DNA from: Pseudobdellovibrionaceae bacterium
Lineage (GTDB): Bacteria; Bdellovibrionota; Bdellovibrionia; Bdellovibrionales; Bdellovibrionaceae
Assembly (NCBI GenBank): GCA_044359815.1
Contig: JBIKLL010000002.1
Coordinates: 1 to 64,000 of the forward strand
Direction of reading: 5' to 3'
Length of the DNA: 64,000 nt
Part shown: piece after piece, positions 59,027-64,000 of the stretch
How the letters are laid out: every line of letters begins with the position of its first letter
Position numbering within the stretch: the stretch's first letter is position 1
Program-made: the position numbers and the translations under genes
Notes under the pieces: model-generated
Database searches by the model: none
The model's input: the letters and a program-made list of their open reading frames with translations, nothing else
Told to the model about the DNA's origin: nothing

Positions 59027-60338
59027 ACATTCCGACTTGTGTATCGCTAAATGCTTGCGACATTTCTCGTTGCTGTTTACGTTTTCGGTACATCAAAATT
59101 CCTACTGCAAACAAGGCAATACCACCAGCGGCACCTAGGTAAACTAAGTCATCACCCATTCCCATGCCTTCGGTCTTTTTAGTTTTCTTAGCCATTGGCG
59201 GAGGTGGAGGTGGATTAAGTGCTTCAGCCGGAGGTGGCGGCGGAGGCAAATCGATCGGTGGAGGTGGAGGTGCTGAAGCTTCCATCGGTGGAGGAGGCGG
59301 CGGCATTTCTGGCATCGGAGGCGGAGGTGGCGGCATTGAATTAGCACCAGTCATTCCGGCAGCTGTGCCCATTGATGGATCAGCTGGCATAGAATTTTGT
59401 GCTATCTCTGTTGCTTGAGCTGGAGCTGCTTTCCAATATCTGAGCTCGGTACCAGCAGGGATTTTACCTTTTGATTCAACCATATTTGTTGCCCAGATTT
59501 CTTGCCAAGCATTGTCGTATCCCAAAAGATCCTTAGAGATATTTCTAATATTGTCTCCGTCTTTTGAAACATAGACTTCTGGAACCATTCCCAGATCTTC
59601 ATAATAAGTCAGGATCTTGGTGCGATCATCTGCCCTGACGGGGGAATTATAATAAATTTTATTTCCAGGCTTTGGTTTTGAAATAGATGGGTTAGCTTTT
59701 TTAATGTCTCTCCATCTGTCTTCAGAGCCATAAATCATTTTTGAAATTGATTTGTAAGAATCACTGGGTCTGGCTACATAAACAGCATTCAGCAATTGTC
59801 CGCCACGTTCGAAGGGAGTTGATTCCACCTTCTTGAGCGAAGCTTTTGGTTTTGGAGGCTCATCAAACGAAGGAGCTGCTGCAACTTCGGGAGCTGGTTC
59901 AGATGGTGGAGTCAATTCAGGTGGAGCATCAGTTGCCGGTGATCCTGGATCGACAGCCGAGAAACTGTCAGCCGGTGGTGTATCAGCAATTAAAGGCGGA
60001 GCATCTGCAGGTGGAGTGTCCGTCAAAGGAGCTTCTGCAACCAGATCATTTGGTGGAGGCTCGGAATCAGTGGGTGGAGCTGGAGCTTCTTCAGCAGTTG
60101 GAGGAGCTGATTCGCCAAGTGTGTCTGAGAGTGTTGCACTGTCATTAGCTGCTTGGTCCGCTGCTGCCGTTGCATCATCGACCCCTTCAACCTGTTCTAG
60201 GTTTTCAGTGCCCTCAGTGAGAGCTACGTCCCCTTCTTCTACGACTTCAGTACCATCTTCTGCCGTTTCCGCAGATGTACAACTGATTGTTGTAACCAGT
60301 GCTGGTATGATTGCCAATAATAGGATTATTTTTTTCAT
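59025..60338 (-). CDS. Pro-rich lipoprotein with two LysM-like domains and C-terminal TM
   Basis: lipobox-like TISC, acidic/Pro linker, YV.R..DS...IS and YV.K.GDN...IS repeats, poly-Pro, TM helix. Confidence 0.85.
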   Translation of the reverse strand: MKKIILLLAIIPALVTTISCTSAETAEDGTEVVEEGDVALTEGTENLEQVEGVDDATAAADQAANDSATLSDTLGESAPPTAEEAPAPPTDSEPPPNDLVAEAPLTDTPPADAPPLIADTPPADSFSAVDPGSPATDAPPELTPPSEPAPEVAAAPSFDEPPKPKASLKKVESTPFERGGQLLNAVYVARPSDSYKSISKMIYGSEDRWRDIKKANPSISKPKPGNKIYYNSPVRADDRTKILTYYEDLGMVPEVYVSKDGDNIRNISKDLLGYDNAWQEIWATNMVESKGKIPAGTELRYWKAAPAQATEIAQNSMPADPSMGTAAGMTGANSMPPPPPPMPEMPPPPPPMEASAPPPPPIDLPPPPPPAEALNPPPPPPMAKKTKKTEGMGMGDDLVYLGAAGGIALFAVGILMYRKRKQQREMSQAFSDTQVGM

Positions 60339-60460
60339 GCCACTCTTCCTTGATGTTGCGTCTAGAACTTTCTGTTCCTTCTTTAAATTAGATCATAGTT
60401 GAATATTAATGCAAACCATTAAAGGTCCTGACTGATTTAGAGTTTGGGTATTTAGTCTAG

Positions 60461-60943
60461 CTATTTGTTAGTTTTGGTATCTGATTTTAGTATAGAAAAA
60501 GTCGTGCCCACCTTGATGCCATTATTTTTAAACCAATTTTTGTTCATTTCTAAAACGAACTGGGTGGGAAACTGGCTAGGGTAGCGAGGCACATCGACTT
60601 GCAATTCAGAAGTCACTGGAATCATTTCTAGAATTTCAGTCAGTTTTTTATTTTTATCAAAATATCCGATCGACAAAGGTATGAAAGTATTTTTCATCCA
60701 AAAAGTGTGAAAATCTTCTTTATCGAAAATAAAAAGCATTCCCGAATTGGCTTCAAGCTTTTGCCTGAACATCAATCCTTGCTGTTGGGCCTTGGGAGTA
60801 TCTGCTATTTCAACAGTAATGATTTTATTTCCTAATTTAATTTCTCCTGTTTTAAATAAATTTTCGTTAGCTGTTGCTGACGTGCTGACTGCGATTAATA
60901 ATATCCAATGCCAAACCATACCTAAGTCCTTTGGTTGAAACAC
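60461..60943 (-). CDS. DUF192 family protein
   Basis: VEIADT....GLMFR, GMLFIF, FWMKNT.IPL, VLEM; start may be 60919. Confidence 0.9.
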   Translation of the reverse strand: MFQPKDLGMVWHWILLIAVSTSATANENLFKTGEIKLGNKIITVEIADTPKAQQQGLMFRQKLEANSGMLFIFDKEDFHTFWMKNTFIPLSIGYFDKNKKLTEILEMIPVTSELQVDVPRYPSQFPTQFVLEMNKNWFKNNGIKVGTTFSILKSDTKTNK

Positions 60944-61790
60944 TTAATTTCTGCTGTGCAAATTTATCTAATAAATAACTTAAAATAGTTGCTCCAGCAA
61001 AAATAATATCAGCTCGCCCTTTGTCTATACCAATTTCAATTGTTTGCTGTGGATTTAACAATTGCAACTGCTGAGTCTTGCTTTGAAGCCATTCAGCAGA
61101 AAACTGATATCCATTGATTTTATCAAAATCAAAAGTTCCAATTTCAGCTCTGGCTAATTCAGTGGGCGTGCCTGCAACCGCAATTAATTTTCGTTCTGAT
61201 GTATCAGTGATCTTTTGGAATGCAGCTGAGAACAAACTATCTAATGTTGATCGTATTTTTATTGGATCCCTGTTTTTCAGATCTGCTAAATCTAATTTTT
61301 CAGTTAAATTCACAGCACCAATTGGAACGCTGATAGAAAATTCGATACTGGCGCCCTTGCCTAAAACAATTTCAGTTGATCCACCGCCAATATCAATGAT
61401 TGCCAGTTTTCCATGGGACAGAAAATCCGCAGCAGCACCCAGATATGTTAGCCTGGCTTCCTCGGATCCAGAAATAATTTGTACCGGTATCTGTAATAGT
61501 TGGCAGATATTGATTAAAGGTGATGGATCTGAAACTTTTCTGGCGGCTGCGGTTGCTACCGCAGTAATAATATCAGGTTTAAATTTATCAATTTGGATTT
61601 TGAACCTAGCCAAGGTTTCTTGGGCGCGAATAAGGGCTTGCGGATCAAAGCTTTTTTGAGACTCTAGATTTTTACCCAGCCGAACAATTTCTACCTGATC
61701 ACTCAGAGTCTTCAAGATTCCATTACTGTCTGTTTCAGCCACCAGACACAAAAATGAGTTTGATCCCAGGTCTAAAGCTGCCAGTTTCAT
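60867..61790 (-). CDS. ppx: Ppx/GppA family phosphatase
   Basis: AALDLGSNS, ATAAAR, ISGSEEA, DIGGGSTE, RADII.AG, GLRYG. Confidence 0.9.
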   Translation of the reverse strand: MKLAALDLGSNSFLCLVAETDSNGILKTLSDQVEIVRLGKNLESQKSFDPQALIRAQETLARFKIQIDKFKPDIITAVATAAARKVSDPSPLINICQLLQIPVQIISGSEEARLTYLGAAADFLSHGKLAIIDIGGGSTEIVLGKGASIEFSISVPIGAVNLTEKLDLADLKNRDPIKIRSTLDSLFSAAFQKITDTSERKLIAVAGTPTELARAEIGTFDFDKINGYQFSAEWLQSKTQQLQLLNPQQTIEIGIDKGRADIIFAGATILSYLLDKFAQQKLSVSTKGLRYGLALDIINRSQHVSNS

Positions 61791-63223
61791 TTGGAGCTAA
61801 GCTTTTGGATCAGGATTTTATTAACCAAATCAGGGTTGGCCTGTCCCTTGGATAGTTTCATCACAGCTCCAACAAAAAATCCTAAGACTTTTGTTTTTCC
61901 AGCTTTATATTCTGCGACCTGACCGGCGTTTTCGGATAAAACCTGATCTATGATTTTTTCGATAGCACCACTATCAGAAATCTGCATTAAAACCTTTTCA
62001 GAAATAATTTCTTGTGCTGATTTTCCGCTTTGCCACATTTCACTGAAAACAGTTTTGCCAATTTTTCCACTGATTTTACCGTCTTCGATGAGCTGAATCA
62101 GTTTTCCCAAGCTGCTGGCAGTTACGGGACTTGATTTAATCTGCAGATTTGAAGCTTTCAATTCACGAATCAACTCTGTCATTACCCAATTAGAAGCAGA
62201 TTTTGCATTACCACATTCTTTAAAAACAGCTTCAAAATATTCTGACAAACCCAATTCAGAAGTCAAAATTTGGGCATCATATTCAGGTAAACCCAATTCA
62301 CTGATAAATCTGTTTTGTTTTGCCTCGGGCAGTTCGGGAAGTTGGCTTTTTATTTTCTGAATATATGCTTCATCAATTACTATAGGCAATAAATCTGGAT
62401 CCGGAAAATACCGATAGTCTTGAGCGTCTTCTTTGGTTCTCATGCTGAAAGTTCGATTTTTATCAGGATCCCAAAGCCTGGTTTCTTGAATTATTTTTTG
62501 ACCTGACTCTATTAAATCAATCTGACGATCAATTTCGTATTCTATGGCTTTTTCAACAAACCGAAATGAATTTATATTTTTAAGTTCTACCTTTGTGCCA
62601 AATTTTTCGATACCTGTTTTTTTGACACTGACGTTGCAATCACACCTGAGGGATCCTTCCTCAAGATTTCCATCGCAAACATCCAAATACTGCAAGATTT
62701 GTCTGATGGTTCTGGCATATTCGGCAGCTTCTTGAGGAGTTCTGATGTCAGGTTCAGATACAATTTCAAGTAACGGAATTCCGGCCCTATTATAATTTAA
62801 CAAAGTGTATTCACCATGGTGAGTAGATTTACCCGCGTCTTCCTCCATGTGTGCTCTGGTGATACCTATGGTTTTTGATTTACCATCTAATTTAATATTA
62901 ATTTTGCCGTTTTCACAGATAGGTAGCTCATACTGTGAAATCTGATACCCCTTAGGTAAATCAGGATAAAAATAATTCTTGCGGGCAAATACAGATTTTT
63001 TACGAATATTGCATCCTAGAGCTAATCCAGTTTTTACTGAATACTCAATTGCGCGCATATTCACCACAGGTAAAGTTCCTGGCATTCCCACAGTCACAGG
63101 AGAAATGTTTTCGTTATCGCCAGCATCAAAATTAGTCGGGTCAGAACAAAACATTTTAGATTTTGTTTTTAGCTGAGCATGAATCTCAAGTCCAATGACA
63201 GCGTCATATCCCCTAAAAGACAT
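61787..63223 (-). CDS. gatB: Asp/Glu-tRNA amidotransferase subunit B
   Basis: IGLEIHAQL, RKNYFYPDLPKGYQISQ, DYRYFPDPDL; start set at ATG 63223. Confidence 0.97.
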   Translation of the reverse strand: MSFRGYDAVIGLEIHAQLKTKSKMFCSDPTNFDAGDNENISPVTVGMPGTLPVVNMRAIEYSVKTGLALGCNIRKKSVFARKNYFYPDLPKGYQISQYELPICENGKINIKLDGKSKTIGITRAHMEEDAGKSTHHGEYTLLNYNRAGIPLLEIVSEPDIRTPQEAAEYARTIRQILQYLDVCDGNLEEGSLRCDCNVSVKKTGIEKFGTKVELKNINSFRFVEKAIEYEIDRQIDLIESGQKIIQETRLWDPDKNRTFSMRTKEDAQDYRYFPDPDLLPIVIDEAYIQKIKSQLPELPEAKQNRFISELGLPEYDAQILTSELGLSEYFEAVFKECGNAKSASNWVMTELIRELKASNLQIKSSPVTASSLGKLIQLIEDGKISGKIGKTVFSEMWQSGKSAQEIISEKVLMQISDSGAIEKIIDQVLSENAGQVAEYKAGKTKVLGFFVGAVMKLSKGQANPDLVNKILIQKLSSK

Positions 63224-64000
63224 TTGGAGTCCTTTGGTTATTAAATGTTTTTTCAAACGAATACGCTATTTGCAAAAGCTTTTCCTCTTGAAAATGACCG
63301 CCCGTAAGCTGAATACCAATGGGCAATCCGGATTCAGAAAAACCGTATGGCAGGCTCATCCCAGGTAGGCCTGCTAAATTTGTTGAAGTCGTAAAAATGT
63401 CATTTAAAAACATTGCTAATGGGTTAGCGATTTTATCCCCGATTTTAAACGCTGGAGTTGTAGATACCGGGCTTAAAATCACATCGCATTCTTTTAATGC
63501 ATCTACCATTTGATCCCTCAGAAGTCTTCTGACCCTGCAGGCTTTTAAATAATAAGCGTCAAAATATCCTGATGATAAGCAATAGGTCCCGATCATAATC
63601 CGTCTTTTAACCTCTTTGCCAAAGCCTTCAGCTCGAGTAGATCCATAGAAATTCTCAAGATCCAAATCAGCCAAGTTTTCAAAATGACTGCGGTGACCGT
63701 ATTTTACACCATCATAACGGGCTAAATTACTGGAAGCTTCGCTGGCAGCAACCAGATAATAAATTGGCACTGCAAATTTGGTTAAAGGCACTGATAGTTC
63801 TTTGATCACAGCACCATTTTTCTGAGCCGTTGTGATCGCTGATTGAAATACCTTTTCAACATCTTTATCCACAGCACCTGATGTGTATTCTTTTATAATT
63901 CCAATTTTAAGTCCCTTAAAATTTTCTTTCAAATTTTTCGAAAATTGAGGAACGGGCTTTTGCGAAGTAGTTGAGTCCAATTCATCATGTCCACAAATGC
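63213..64000 (-). CDS. gatA: Asp/Glu-tRNA amidotransferase subunit A, 5' part outside the window
   Basis: EASSNLARYDG, GFGKEVKRRI, NLAGLPG. Confidence 0.95.
   Translation of the reverse strand, partial: ICGHDELDSTTSQKPVPQFSKNLKENFKGLKIGIIKEYTSGAVDKDVEKVFQSAITTAQKNGAVIKELSVPLTKFAVPIYYLVAASEASSNLARYDGVKYGHRSHFENLADLDLENFYGSTRAEGFGKEVKRRIMIGTYCLSSGYFDAYYLKACRVRRLLRDQMVDALKECDVILSPVSTTPAFKIGDKIANPLAMFLNDIFTTSTNLAGLPGMSLPYGFSESGLPIGIQLTGGHFQEEKLLQIAYSFEKTFNNQRTPNVF

Noticed and set aside
59164..60402. Gly-rich plus-strand ORFs (59164-59418, 59833-60402)
   Set aside because: Antisense shadows of the Pro-rich gene.
61114..61659. 181-aa plus-strand ORF and other antisense ORFs inside housekeeping genes
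   Set aside because: Shadow frames fully nested opposite well-supported genes.

Overview
AT-rich bacterial chromosome window, most likely from a predatory Bdellovibrionota (Bdellovibrio-like) organism. This is inferred from gene content, an FQNC-type lipoprotein, Tad and sigma54 genes, and lineage-typical Cys/Gly-rich secreted proteins. Most of the window is core genome: PBP1A-uvrA-msbA, a sigma54 activator, amgK-murU, rpsB-tsf-pyrH-frr-uppS-cdsA-rseP-tsaB...rluD-pgeF, priA, galU, nagZ, tRNA-Ser(TGA)-serS, rho-rpmE-prfA-prmC-murA, ppx and gatB-gatA, interspersed with secreted or outer-membrane hypotheticals. No transposase, integrase, reverse transcriptase, cas gene or CRISPR array was seen. 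The most unusual signal is non-coding. A family of long intergenic fold-back elements (2891-3146, 10541-10753 and a truncated copy at the window start) carries a conserved GC-rich core with a compensatory base-pair change, flanked by long AT-rich inverted arms that differ between copies. A related 425-bp nested palindrome lies at 15417-15841, and tRNA-linked rtT-like fold-backs lie at 47061-47449. Other notable items are a degenerate pseudo-ATPase paralog next to the sigma54 activator, an unlisted 42-aa basic small protein, twin hairpins displaying UCCCCUCC loops, and a recurring TCA-N3-TGA dyad motif. All calls were made by eye; no database searches were run.
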